Assembly (NCBI GenBank): GCA_035275585.1
Contig: DATEML010000013.1
Location: forward strand, 47,983 to 111,982
Direction: 5' to 3'
DNA length: 64,000 nucleotides
From: Steroidobacteraceae bacterium
GTDB taxonomy: Bacteria; Pseudomonadota; Gammaproteobacteria; Steroidobacterales; Steroidobacteraceae
Below the pieces are notes generated by a model, which made no database searches, had not been told where the DNA came from, and worked only from the letters and a program-made list of their open reading frames with translations. The position numbers were made by a program, and so were the translations under genes. Positions 35,435-44,375 of this stretch are shown in pieces. Positions within the stretch are counted from its first letter, which is position 1, and every line of letters starts with the position of its first letter.

Positions 35435-38400
35435 ATGTCGACGAATCTTTTCATCCGGCGCGCGGTCCGCTGCGCGCTGTTTACCGGTGCAGCTACCGCG
35501 CTCACCGGCCTGTTGCCCGCACAGGCGCAACAGCAACAACAGGAGACCATCCAGGAAGTGGTCGTGACGGGCTCGCGCATAGCGCAACCGAACCTGACGA
35601 GCGTCAGTCCGGTGACCGCTATCAGCTCCGACCAGATCAAGATCGAAGGCGTGACACGCACCGAGGACCTGATCAACAACCTGCCGCAGGCGTTCGGAGA
35701 CTTCGGCGGCAATGTCTCCAACGGCGCGACCGGCGCCGCGACCGTGAACCTGCGCAATCTCGGCTCGCAGCGCACGCTGGTGCTGGTCAACAGCCGGCGA
35801 CTGATGCCTGGCGATCCGACGCAGAACGGCGCGGCCTCGCCCGATCTCAACCAGATTCCCGCGGCGCTGATCGAGCGCGTCGAAGTGCTGACGGGCGGCG
35901 CCTCGGCCGTGTACGGCGCCGACGCCGTGGCCGGCGTCGTCAACTTCATCATGAACGACAAGTTCGAGGGCGTGCGACTCGACACTCAGTACGGCTTCTA
36001 TCAGCACGACAACAACAGCGACATCGGCAACGTCGTGCGCGACTCCGGCTTCAACTCGCCCGATGGCAATACGCGCGACGGTTACAGCAAGGACTTCACG
36101 TTCCTCGCCGGCATCAACACCGAGGACGGGCGCGGCAATGCCACCGTCTACATCGGCTATCGCACGCTGAGCGCGGTTACGCAGAACAAGCGCGATTTCA
36201 GCGCGTGCGCACTCGCCTCGGGTGACACGTTCAGTTGCGGCGGCTCCGGCACGACGGCGCCGGCGCTGTTCCAGACCTACAATCCGAACGATCCGAACGA
36301 CCTGTCGCCGACCGGCGCGTTCACCGTGGGCAGCAACGGCGTGATCCGCGAATTCAACGACTCCACCGACCTGTTCAACTTCGCACCCCAGAACTATTAC
36401 CAGCGTCCGGACGAGCGCAAGACCGCGGGCCTGTTCGCGCACTACGACTTGAGCGACAAGGCAACCGTGTACACCGAGTTCATGTTCATGGACGATGACA
36501 CGCAGGCGCAGGTGGCGCCGAGCGGCGCGTTCCTCGGCTCCGGCCCCGGCCAGCCGCCGTTCTTCGGCCGCTACGCGGTGAACTGCAACAACCCGTTGCT
36601 CTCGCCCTCCGCCGTCGACACGTTCTGCGGCGGCAATGCCAATGCCGGCGACGTCCTGCTCGACATCGGCCGGCGCAATGTCGAAGGCGGCGGCCGCCTC
36701 GACGATCTGCGGCACACCTCGTTCCGCGGCGTCGTCGGCCTGAAAGGAGACATCGCCGAGGGCTGGAACTACGACGTCTACGGCTTGTACGGCACCTCGA
36801 TCCTGTCGGAGCGGTTCCAGAACGACATCTCGAGGACCCGGCTGAACAATGCGCTGCTCGCCGTGGCCGGCCCGAACGGCCAGCCCGTGTGCCGCATCAA
36901 CGCCGATGCCAATCCGACGAACGACGATCCCACCTGCGTACCGTACGCGATCTTCGGCGTCGGCAGCGTCACGCCGGATCAGCTCGCGTATCTGCAGGTG
37001 CCCGGCCTGACGGAAGGCGAGACGGTCGAGCAGATCCTGAGCGGCTCGATCTCCGGCGACCTCGGCCAGTACGGCCTCAAGTTGCCGACGGCGAACGACG
37101 GTCTCGCGATCGCGTTCGGCGCGGAGTACCGCTCGGAGCGCTCGGACCTGCGCGCCGACGAGGCCTTCCAGACGGGCGACCTCGCCGGCCAGGGCGCGCC
37201 GACGCTCGATACCACCGGCCAGTTCGACGTCAAGGAAGTGTTCGCCGAGGCGCGCCTGCCGCTGATTCAGGGCAAGCCGTTCGCCGACACGCTCTCGTTC
37301 GAAACCGGCTACCGCTACTCCGACTACGATCTCGGCTTCAAGACGGACACCTACAAGGCCGGCCTGCAATGGGCGCCGATCAGCGATGTGATGCTGCGCG
37401 GAAGTTATCAGCGAGCGGTGCGCTCGCCGAACATCCAGGAACTGTTCCTGCAACCGCGCGTGCAGCTCGACGGCAACACTGATCCGTGCTCGAACGCGCT
37501 CGGCGGGACGCCGGATGCCAGCTTCGAGGAATGCGCGAGAAGCGGCGTGACGGCTGCGCAGTACGGCAACATCCTGCAGAACCCGTCCGCGCAGTACAAC
37601 GGCCTGGTTGGCGGCAACACCAATCTCGATCCTGAAGAGTCGGATACGTACTCGTTCGGTCTCGTGCTGACGCCGGAATTCCTGCCGGGCTTCAGCTTCA
37701 CCGCCGACTACTACGACATCAAGGTGGACAAGCTCATCAACTCGCTGGGCGCGGACTTCATCCTCAACCAGTGCCTCACGACCGGCGATTCGACGTTCTG
37801 CGATCGCGTGCACCGCGCGGCCAACGGTTCGATCTGGCTCGGCAACACCGGGTTCATCGACGATCCGATCCTCAACACGGGCTCGCTGCAGACGAAGGGG
37901 GTCGATGCCGAGGTGGACTATCGCTTCCAGATGGGCAGAGTCGGCAGTCTCGGCGTGCAGCTCATCGGCACGTACGTCGACGAGTTCCTGACCGAGCCGC
38001 TGAAGGGGGCGAGCAAGTACGACTGCGTCGGACTGTACGGCACAGTCTGCGGCACGCCGATCCCGGATTGGCGGCACAGGATGCGCGCCACCTGGACAAC
38101 GCCGTGGAACATGGACCTGTCGCTGACGTGGCGCTATATCGCCGCCGTGGACGACGACCGCACCAGCTCGGACCCGAACCTGGCGGGCGACGTCATTCCG
38201 ACGGACAAGCGCCTCGGCTCGCGCAACTACTTCGATGTGAGCGGCTCGTACACGTTCGCCGACGTAGCCATGTTCAAGAGCGTGACTGGACGACTCGGCA
38301 TCAACAACCTGCTCGACAAGGATCCGCCGCTGGTTGGCCAGTCAACGTGTCCGGCCGTGTTCTGTAATGGCAACACGTTCCCGCAGGTGTACGACACGCT

Positions 38401-38440
38401 CGGACGGTTCGTCTTCATCGGGCTGACGGCGGACTTCTAG
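35435..38440 (+). CDS. TonB-dependent receptor, copy 1
   Basis: Signal peptide; EVVVTGSRI TonB-box region; LRNLGSQRTLVLVN; ERVEVLTGGASAVYGADAVAGVVNFI; C-terminal Phe. Confidence 0.95.
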   Translation: MSTNLFIRRAVRCALFTGAATALTGLLPAQAQQQQQETIQEVVVTGSRIAQPNLTSVSPVTAISSDQIKIEGVTRTEDLINNLPQAFGDFGGNVSNGATGAATVNLRNLGSQRTLVLVNSRRLMPGDPTQNGAASPDLNQIPAALIERVEVLTGGASAVYGADAVAGVVNFIMNDKFEGVRLDTQYGFYQHDNNSDIGNVVRDSGFNSPDGNTRDGYSKDFTFLAGINTEDGRGNATVYIGYRTLSAVTQNKRDFSACALASGDTFSCGGSGTTAPALFQTYNPNDPNDLSPTGAFTVGSNGVIREFNDSTDLFNFAPQNYYQRPDERKTAGLFAHYDLSDKATVYTEFMFMDDDTQAQVAPSGAFLGSGPGQPPFFGRYAVNCNNPLLSPSAVDTFCGGNANAGDVLLDIGRRNVEGGGRLDDLRHTSFRGVVGLKGDIAEGWNYDVYGLYGTSILSERFQNDISRTRLNNALLAVAGPNGQPVCRINADANPTNDDPTCVPYAIFGVGSVTPDQLAYLQVPGLTEGETVEQILSGSISGDLGQYGLKLPTANDGLAIAFGAEYRSERSDLRADEAFQTGDLAGQGAPTLDTTGQFDVKEVFAEARLPLIQGKPFADTLSFETGYRYSDYDLGFKTDTYKAGLQWAPISDVMLRGSYQRAVRSPNIQELFLQPRVQLDGNTDPCSNALGGTPDASFEECARSGVTAAQYGNILQNPSAQYNGLVGGNTNLDPEESDTYSFGLVLTPEFLPGFSFTADYYDIKVDKLINSLGADFILNQCLTTGDSTFCDRVHRAANGSIWLGNTGFIDDPILNTGSLQTKGVDAEVDYRFQMGRVGSLGVQLIGTYVDEFLTEPLKGASKYDCVGLYGTVCGTPIPDWRHRMRATWTTPWNMDLSLTWRYIAAVDDDRTSSDPNLAGDVIPTDKRLGSRNYFDVSGSYTFADVAMFKSVTGRLGINNLLDKDPPLVGQSTCPAVFCNGNTFPQVYDTLGRFVFIGLTADF

Positions 38441-38449
38441 AAAACATGA

Positions 38450-38467
38450 GTCAGGCTCGAAGCTGAC
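38450..38467. repeat. Degenerate REP-like palindrome
   Basis: GTCAGGC-TCGA-AGCTGAC. Confidence 0.4.
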
Positions 38468-38475
38468 ACATTCGG

Positions 38476-38507
38476 ACGGCGGGCTTCGGCCCGCCGTTCT
38501 TGTTTCT
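38476..38507 (+). terminator. Intrinsic terminator after TBDR-1
   Basis: ACGGCGGGC-TTCG-GCCCGCCGT then TCTTGTTT; stem identical to that after TBDR-2. Confidence 0.8.
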
Positions 38508-38552
38508 CTTTAAAACTGCGCGCTGCGCGATGCATGCGTTGCTCGCTTGTGT

Positions 38553-38619
38553 CGTTCACCGTCGCGGCACGGCGATTCATCGCAAAAAAATGCAGAGCCA
38601 TTCCTCGCCCGTTTAGCGT
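38553..38619 (+). promoter_or_regulatory. LytTR-type direct repeat and -10 for AraC copy 2
   Basis: CGTTCACCG-tcgcggcacggc-GATTCATCG, then TAGCGT 31 nt later. Confidence 0.55.
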
Positions 38620-38677
38620 AGGCCCCGTGGGAATGCAGCAACGCGCGAGCGGATGCTGCGACCGGGGAGGTTCGTCG

Positions 38678-39646
38678 ATGCGTTCGATCGTTCGCACCAA
38701 CGGATCGCATTCCGCGCAAGGCACCGAGATCCATTGGATGCCTGCGGGGCGCGCGGCGCCGGAAACTATCGCCGGCGTACCGTCCGTTCATGCTGCGTGG
38801 AATGGCAGCTACTCGCTGTGCGTCGACGGCCACGTCGCGCTCAAGCTCGAGGACGAAGTCTTCGTTGCGCTCAATGGCGGACACGTACTGACGTCGCGCG
38901 GCCGGCGCGATCCGGGCGCATGTCTACTGAGCGTCTATTTCGCACCGGACCTGCTGACGGAGGCGCTCGCAGCCCTGGCGCCGACGGATCGCGACCTGCT
39001 GATCTCGTGCTCGCAGGACAGGTCTTTCCGCCTGTTCGAGCACGCACGGGATAGCGACCGTTCGCTGGCCTCGGTGCTGCGCTACATCGCTCATCACGTC
39101 AGCGTCGGTATCGACGATCCGCAGTGGTATGAGGAGCAGGTGAGCTTCCTGCTGCGCCGGCTGCTCGGACACGAAGTGTCGCTGGCGCGGGGCGTCAGCA
39201 ACATGACCCACATGAAGTCGTGGAAGCGGCGCGAGACGTTCATGCGGCTCGCGCGCGTCACCGACCTGATCCACGCGTGCTACGAGCGTCCGCTGACGAT
39301 CGAAGAGCTGGCCGAAGCTGCTCACTGGTCGCGCTTTCACATGATGCGCGAGTTCAAGGCGGTGCACGGCATCAGCCCGTACGAATATCTGCAACGCCGC
39401 CGGACACAATCGGCCGTGCGCCTGCTGTGCTCCACTGACTTGTCGGTCGCTGAAATCGCAGAGCGCACCGGCTTCCACGTGCGCACGCTCGTACGTCGCT
39501 TGCGTCGCGACCGCGGGCTCGGCGCGCGCGCACTGCGCATGCTTGCGCAGGAAGAGACGCAATCACAGCAATCCGCGTCCGGCAAAATGACAACGAGTGT
39601 CGTATCGCGCGTTGACCGCGCAACTAGCATCTCCTGCGTTCGCTAA
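38678..39646 (+). CDS. AraC family transcriptional regulator, copy 2
   Basis: Paralog of 34344..35336; HWSRFHMMREFKAVHGISPYEYLQRRRTQ is identical. Confidence 0.92.
   Translation: MRSIVRTNGSHSAQGTEIHWMPAGRAAPETIAGVPSVHAAWNGSYSLCVDGHVALKLEDEVFVALNGGHVLTSRGRRDPGACLLSVYFAPDLLTEALAALAPTDRDLLISCSQDRSFRLFEHARDSDRSLASVLRYIAHHVSVGIDDPQWYEEQVSFLLRRLLGHEVSLARGVSNMTHMKSWKRRETFMRLARVTDLIHACYERPLTIEELAEAAHWSRFHMMREFKAVHGISPYEYLQRRRTQSAVRLLCSTDLSVAEIAERTGFHVRTLVRRLRRDRGLGARALRMLAQEETQSQQSASGKMTTSVVSRVDRATSISCVR
39586..39630 (+). promoter_or_regulatory. Putative TBDR-2 promoter inside the AraC-2 3' tail
   Basis: AATGACAACGAGTGTCGTATC..TAGCAT with 39-nt spacing. Confidence 0.45.
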
Positions 39647-39669
39647 ACCTTTTTCGCAGGAGGTGCGAG

Positions 39670-42600
39670 ATGTCGAAGAATAATTCCATTCGGCGCGCGG
39701 TTCGCTGCGCGCTGTTCACGAGTGCGGCCGCTGCGCTCGCCGCTGCAATGCCGGCGCAGGCGCAGGAGAGCTCGACCATTCAGGAGGTGGTCGTGACCGG
39801 CTCGCGCATTGCGCAACCCAATCTCACGAGCGTCAGCCCGGTGACGTCGGTGGGCTCCGACCAGGTCAAGATCGAGGGCGTGACGCGCGTCGAGGACCTG
39901 ATCAACAACCTGCCGCAGGCGTTCGCCGACTTCGGCGGCAACCTGTCGAACGGCTCGACCGGCGCGGCCACCGTCAATCTACGCAACCTCGGCTCGCAAC
40001 GCACGCTCGTGTTGGTCAACAGCCGCCGGCTGATGCCCGGCGATCCGACGCAGAACGGCGCGGCTTCGGCCGACCTGAACCAGATTCCGGCAGCACTGAT
40101 CGAGCGTGTCGAAGTGCTGACGGGCGGCGCGTCCGCCGTGTACGGCGCCGACGCGGTTGCCGGCGTCGTCAACTTCATCATGAACGACAAGTTCGAAGGC
40201 GTGCGGGTCGATGCGCAGTACAGCATGTACCAGCACAACAACGACGACGACGCGATCGCGAACATCGTGCGCGACAGCGGCTTCGGCCTGCCGGAGAGCA
40301 ACGTTCGCGACGGCTACACCAAGGACATTACGTTCATCGCCGGCATCAACACGCCGGACGGCCGCGGCAATGCCACGGTCTACATCGGCTATCGCACGCT
40401 CGATCCGATCACGCAGGACCGACGCGACTTCAGCGCGTGCGCGCTGGCGTCCTCCGACGCGGGCGATCCGACCTCCAATACGTTCGGCTGCGGCGGCTCG
40501 GGCACGACGGCGCGCGGGTTGTTCCAGACCTACAACCCGGCCGATCCGTTCGACTTCAGTCCCACGGGCACCTTCACCGTCGGCGAGGACGGCGCGATAC
40601 GCGACTTCCAGGGGTCCGACCTGTACAACTTCGCGCCGACCAACTACTACCAGCGCGCCGACGAGCGCAAGACTGCGGGCCTGTTCGCGCACTACGATTT
40701 CAGCGACAAGGCCAGCGTCTACACCGAGTTCATGTTCATGGACGATCGCACGCAGGCGCAGATCGCGCCGAGCGGCGCGTTCCTCGGCAGCGGACAGGGC
40801 CAGCCGCCGTTCTTCGGTCGCTATGCCGTGAACTGCGACAACCCGTTGCTCACGCCTTCGGCGCTGAGTACGTTCTGCGGCGGTGACGCGGGCGCGGGCG
40901 ATGTGTTGCTGGACATCGGCCGGCGCAACGTCGAAGGCGGCGGACGCAACGACGACCTGCGGCACACGTCGTTCCGAGGTGTCATCGGTCTGCGCGGCGA
41001 CATCGCCGAGGGCTGGAACTACGACGTGTATGGCCTGTACGGCACCTCGCTTCTGTCCGAAAACTTCCAGAATGATTTCTCGCGCTCGCGGCTGCGCAAG
41101 GCGCTGAACGCGGTCACCGGTCCGACCGGCCAGCCGGTTTGCCGTGTGAACGCCGATGCGGACCTGACGAACGACGATCCATCCTGCGTGCCGTACCAGA
41201 TCTTCGGTGTCGGCAGCGTCACGCCGGATCAGCTCGCGTACCTGCAGATCCCCGGCATCTCCAAGGGCGAGACGGTCGAGCAGATCCTGAGCGCGTCGGT
41301 GTCCGGCGATCTCGGCCAATACGGCTGGAAGCTGCCGAGCGCGAACACCGGTCTCGGCGTCGCGTTCGGCGCGGAGTACCGCTCCGAGAGCTCGGAGCTG
41401 CGCACCGATGCGGCCTACCAGAGCAACGACCTGGCCGGCCAGGGCGCGCCGACGCTCGACACTGTCGGTCAGTTCGACGTCAAGGAGCTGTTTGCCGAAG
41501 CGCGCTTGCCGCTCGTGCAGGGCAAGCCGTTTGCCGACACGTTGTCGTTCGAGGCGGGCTATCGCTACTCGGACTACGACCTCGGCTTCAACACGGACAG
41601 CTACAAGCTGGGCCTGCAGTGGGCACCGGTGAGCGACGTGATGTTACGCGGCAGTTATCAGCGCGCCGTGCGTTCGCCGAACATCCAGGAGCTGTTCCTG
41701 CAGCCGCGCGTGCAGCTCGACGGCGTAACCGATCCGTGCTCGAACGCGCTCGGGGAGACACCGGCTGCGAGCTTCGAGGAGTGCGCCCGCAGCGGCGTGA
41801 CGGCCGCGCAGTACGGCAACATCCTGCAAAACCCGGCCTCGCAGTACAACGGACTGGTCGGCGGCAATCCCGACATTCAGCCCGAGGAGTCGGATACGTA
41901 TTCGTACGGCTTCGTCGTGACGCCGGGCTTCCTGCCGGGCTTCAGCTTCACCGTCGACTATTACGACATCAAGGTCGAGAAGCTGATCAACTCGCTGGGC
42001 GCCGACTTCATCCTCAACCAGTGCCTGACGACGGCCGACCCGACGTACTGCGACCGCGTGCAGCGCGCGGGCAACGGCTCGATCTGGCTGGGCGATACCG
42101 GCTTCGTCGAGGATCCGATCCTCAACACGGGATCGCTGCAGATCACGGGCATCGATGCCGAGGCGAACTATCGCTTCGAGATGGGGAATGCGGGAAGCCT
42201 CGGCCTGCAGTTCATCGGCACTTATGTCGACGAATACATGACTGAGCCGCTGCCGGGGGCGAGCAAGTACGACTGTGCCGGACTGTTCGGCGCGGTATGC
42301 GGCACGCCGATCCCGGATTGGCGCCACAAGCTGCGCGCGAACTGGACGACGCCGTGGAACATGGACCTGTCGCTGACGTGGCGGTACATCGCCGCCGTGG
42401 ATGACGACCGCACCAGCTCGGATCCGAACCTGTCGGCGGCCATCATCGAGACGGACAAGCACCTCGGCTCGCGCAGCTACTTCGACCTGACCGGCTCCTA
42501 CACCTTCAGCGAAGTGGGCGTGTTCAGCAACCTCACCGGCCGCCTCGGCATCAACAACATCCTGGACAAGGATCCGCCGCTCGTCGGCCAGGACACCTGC

Positions 42601-42690
42601 CCGGCTGTGTTCTGCAACGGCAACACGTTCCCGCAGGTGTACGACACGCTCGGACGCTATGTCTTTGTCGGCCTGACAGCGGACTTCTAA
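39670..42690 (+). CDS. TonB-dependent receptor, copy 2
   Basis: GGAGG RBS; paralog of 35435..38440 over the full length; ends GLTADF. Confidence 0.95.
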   Translation: MSKNNSIRRAVRCALFTSAAAALAAAMPAQAQESSTIQEVVVTGSRIAQPNLTSVSPVTSVGSDQVKIEGVTRVEDLINNLPQAFADFGGNLSNGSTGAATVNLRNLGSQRTLVLVNSRRLMPGDPTQNGAASADLNQIPAALIERVEVLTGGASAVYGADAVAGVVNFIMNDKFEGVRVDAQYSMYQHNNDDDAIANIVRDSGFGLPESNVRDGYTKDITFIAGINTPDGRGNATVYIGYRTLDPITQDRRDFSACALASSDAGDPTSNTFGCGGSGTTARGLFQTYNPADPFDFSPTGTFTVGEDGAIRDFQGSDLYNFAPTNYYQRADERKTAGLFAHYDFSDKASVYTEFMFMDDRTQAQIAPSGAFLGSGQGQPPFFGRYAVNCDNPLLTPSALSTFCGGDAGAGDVLLDIGRRNVEGGGRNDDLRHTSFRGVIGLRGDIAEGWNYDVYGLYGTSLLSENFQNDFSRSRLRKALNAVTGPTGQPVCRVNADADLTNDDPSCVPYQIFGVGSVTPDQLAYLQIPGISKGETVEQILSASVSGDLGQYGWKLPSANTGLGVAFGAEYRSESSELRTDAAYQSNDLAGQGAPTLDTVGQFDVKELFAEARLPLVQGKPFADTLSFEAGYRYSDYDLGFNTDSYKLGLQWAPVSDVMLRGSYQRAVRSPNIQELFLQPRVQLDGVTDPCSNALGETPAASFEECARSGVTAAQYGNILQNPASQYNGLVGGNPDIQPEESDTYSYGFVVTPGFLPGFSFTVDYYDIKVEKLINSLGADFILNQCLTTADPTYCDRVQRAGNGSIWLGDTGFVEDPILNTGSLQITGIDAEANYRFEMGNAGSLGLQFIGTYVDEYMTEPLPGASKYDCAGLFGAVCGTPIPDWRHKLRANWTTPWNMDLSLTWRYIAAVDDDRTSSDPNLSAAIIETDKHLGSRSYFDLTGSYTFSEVGVFSNLTGRLGINNILDKDPPLVGQDTCPAVFCNGNTFPQVYDTLGRYVFVGLTADF

Positions 42691-42697
42691 GACGCAT

Positions 42698-42719
42698 GTA
42701 GGTCGGGCTTCGGCCCGGC
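42698..42719 (+). repeat. GTAG-type REP-like element
   Basis: GTAG-GTCGGGC-TTCG-GCCCGGC. Confidence 0.6.
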
Positions 42720-42727
42720 ATACCCTG

Positions 42728-42755
42728 ACGGCGGGCTTCGGCCCGCCGTTTTTTT
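42728..42755 (+). terminator. Intrinsic terminator after TBDR-2
   Basis: ACGGCGGGC-TTCG-GCCCGCCGT-TTTTTT. Confidence 0.88.
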
Positions 42756-43002
42756 ATCTGGCGGCTCGATACCGCACGATCTCCGCAAGCAACTCCGTCC
42801 GATCGAAATACACCGTCCACACCCAGCGCGGATTGTTCGCGAGCAGCTTGCGAAAGTACGCGAGCAGTTCGGCCTTGCCGCGCACGCCGGCCGGAATGCC
42901 GGGATCGATATACAACGCATCGTCGGAATAAAAAGCGGCCAGCCGTGCATCGAGTCCTCCTTCTACGACAGCCTGCAGGAATTCGCCCCGGCAGGGATCC
43001 AT
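42754..43002 (-). pseudogene. SnoaL/NTF2-like gene with an apparent internal deletion
   Basis: LAAFYSDDALYIDP..GKAELLAYFRKLLANNPRWVWT runs directly into VYFDRTELL; the central beta strands of the fold are absent. Confidence 0.6.
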
Positions 43003-43053
43003 TGTGGCCGATGGGGATTGAGTGAGGACACCCCGATCGAAAAGGAGAACCCC

Positions 43054-43434
43054 ATGCTCGGCAAACAAGACGCTGTCGCGACCGTCGCGGTCAAGAATCT
43101 TCCCGCGGCGAAGAAGTTCTATGAAGGCACGCTCGGCCTGAAGCCGATCGACGCCGAAGGCGACGAGGTCGTCGTGTACGAGAGCGGCAATTCGCGCCTC
43201 AACGTCTACCGCTCGCAATACGCGGGCACGAACAAGGCAACCGCCGTCACGTGGGCCGTGGACGACGTGGAAGGCGAAGTGAAAGCGCTGAAATCGAAGG
43301 GCGTCGCCTTCGAGCACTACGACATGCCGGGGATGAAGGTGCAGGGCGATCTGCACGTCGCCGACGGTCAGGACTTCAAGGTTGCCTGGTTCAAGGATCC
43401 GGACGGCAACATCTTCAGCCTCATCAACCGCTGA
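43054..43434 (+). CDS. VOC/glyoxalase family protein
   Basis: AKKFYEGTLGL, LKSKGVAFE, AWFKDPDGNI; AGGAG RBS. Confidence 0.92.
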   Translation: MLGKQDAVATVAVKNLPAAKKFYEGTLGLKPIDAEGDEVVVYESGNSRLNVYRSQYAGTNKATAVTWAVDDVEGEVKALKSKGVAFEHYDMPGMKVQGDLHVADGQDFKVAWFKDPDGNIFSLINR

Positions 43435-43448
43435 CTCGTTAGAGTCAG
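43431..43448. terminator. Short hairpin between convergent genes
   Basis: CTGACTC-GTTA-GAGTCAG. Confidence 0.45.
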
Positions 43449-44375
43449 CTAGCGAGCCGTCACCCGCTCCTGCGCGCGCGCGCCGCCGAGGATCATCTCG
43501 ATCGCGCGATTGCCCTCATGGCACGCGTACTCGAACATCTGATACTGGTCGTCGCGCGCCAGCGGGTACGCAATCTTCCACGGCGCCGTGTAGTTCGCCG
43601 GATCCTCGATGGTGATCTCGTACTGCATCGTGGCGCGATCGGTCGGCGTGAAACGCTCGACGATGTGCAACTGCTCGCTGTAAGGCGCGCCGCGCAGCGC
43701 AGCCGAATTCCCGCCCGTGGCAATCCAGCCGCGGGCGTTGAAGTTCGTGGTGTCGACGACGAGCGTCTTGCCTTCCCAGTGACCGCGTGAGTCGCCGCCC
43801 CACGAGCGCACGCGTGCGTCCGCGTGGCCGCCGCGACCGATCGGGATGATGCGCGCGTCGTGGATCATCTCGGTAACGATCAGCACGTAACCCGGCGTCT
43901 GCACGATCTGATACGCGTTGTTGTAGACGACCGGAAACATCGTGGTGGGCTCGCGCGTGATGCAGCGGTCCCACTGGCTCATGGTCTCGTACGAATCGAA
44001 GCTGGTCAGGTTGAAGTCGCGGCGCTTGAGCGCCTCCGGCCGAAACGGCACCTTGCCGTCGGCCGGCTCGACGACCAGCGAGGTCTGGCCGTTCGGCAGG
44101 ATCGCGAGGTGCTGGTCGATGAACGCGTCGTTGTCGCGCCCGACGTCGCCGGGCTTGTGGCCCGCCGCCCAGAATTTCTCGGCGGCGACGCGCTGCTGTT
44201 CGGACCGTTCGCCTTCGGGAAGCTGCGCTGGCCGCTCGAACGGAGTCAGGGTGCCGCTGGTCCAGATGCCCTGCAGATCGGGCGGTGACTCGGCTGCACA
44301 CGCGGCGCCACCCGCCAGCACTCCGGACACGATCCACGCCAATCGACGACTCGAGCGGTGACTGGGAGCGCGCAT
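43449..44375 (-). CDS. Secreted hypothetical protein of a recurring uncharacterised family
   Basis: Signal peptide; PDLQGIW, RCI, YNNAYQIVQTP, GDSRGHWEGKTLVVDTTNF, EYACHEGN. Confidence 0.8.
   Translation of the reverse strand: MRAPSHRSSRRLAWIVSGVLAGGAACAAESPPDLQGIWTSGTLTPFERPAQLPEGERSEQQRVAAEKFWAAGHKPGDVGRDNDAFIDQHLAILPNGQTSLVVEPADGKVPFRPEALKRRDFNLTSFDSYETMSQWDRCITREPTTMFPVVYNNAYQIVQTPGYVLIVTEMIHDARIIPIGRGGHADARVRSWGGDSRGHWEGKTLVVDTTNFNARGWIATGGNSAALRGAPYSEQLHIVERFTPTDRATMQYEITIEDPANYTAPWKIAYPLARDDQYQMFEYACHEGNRAIEMILGGARAQERVTAR

Noticed and set aside
35381-38077. 898-aa antisense ORF and other long shadow ORFs (12699..14468, 25341..27494, 44374..45846, 58161..59771 and similar)
   Set aside because: They lie opposite well-supported genes, are Arg/Ala/Gly-rich with no motifs, and are expected in high-GC DNA. 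Only the last 79 codons of 25341..27494 were kept.
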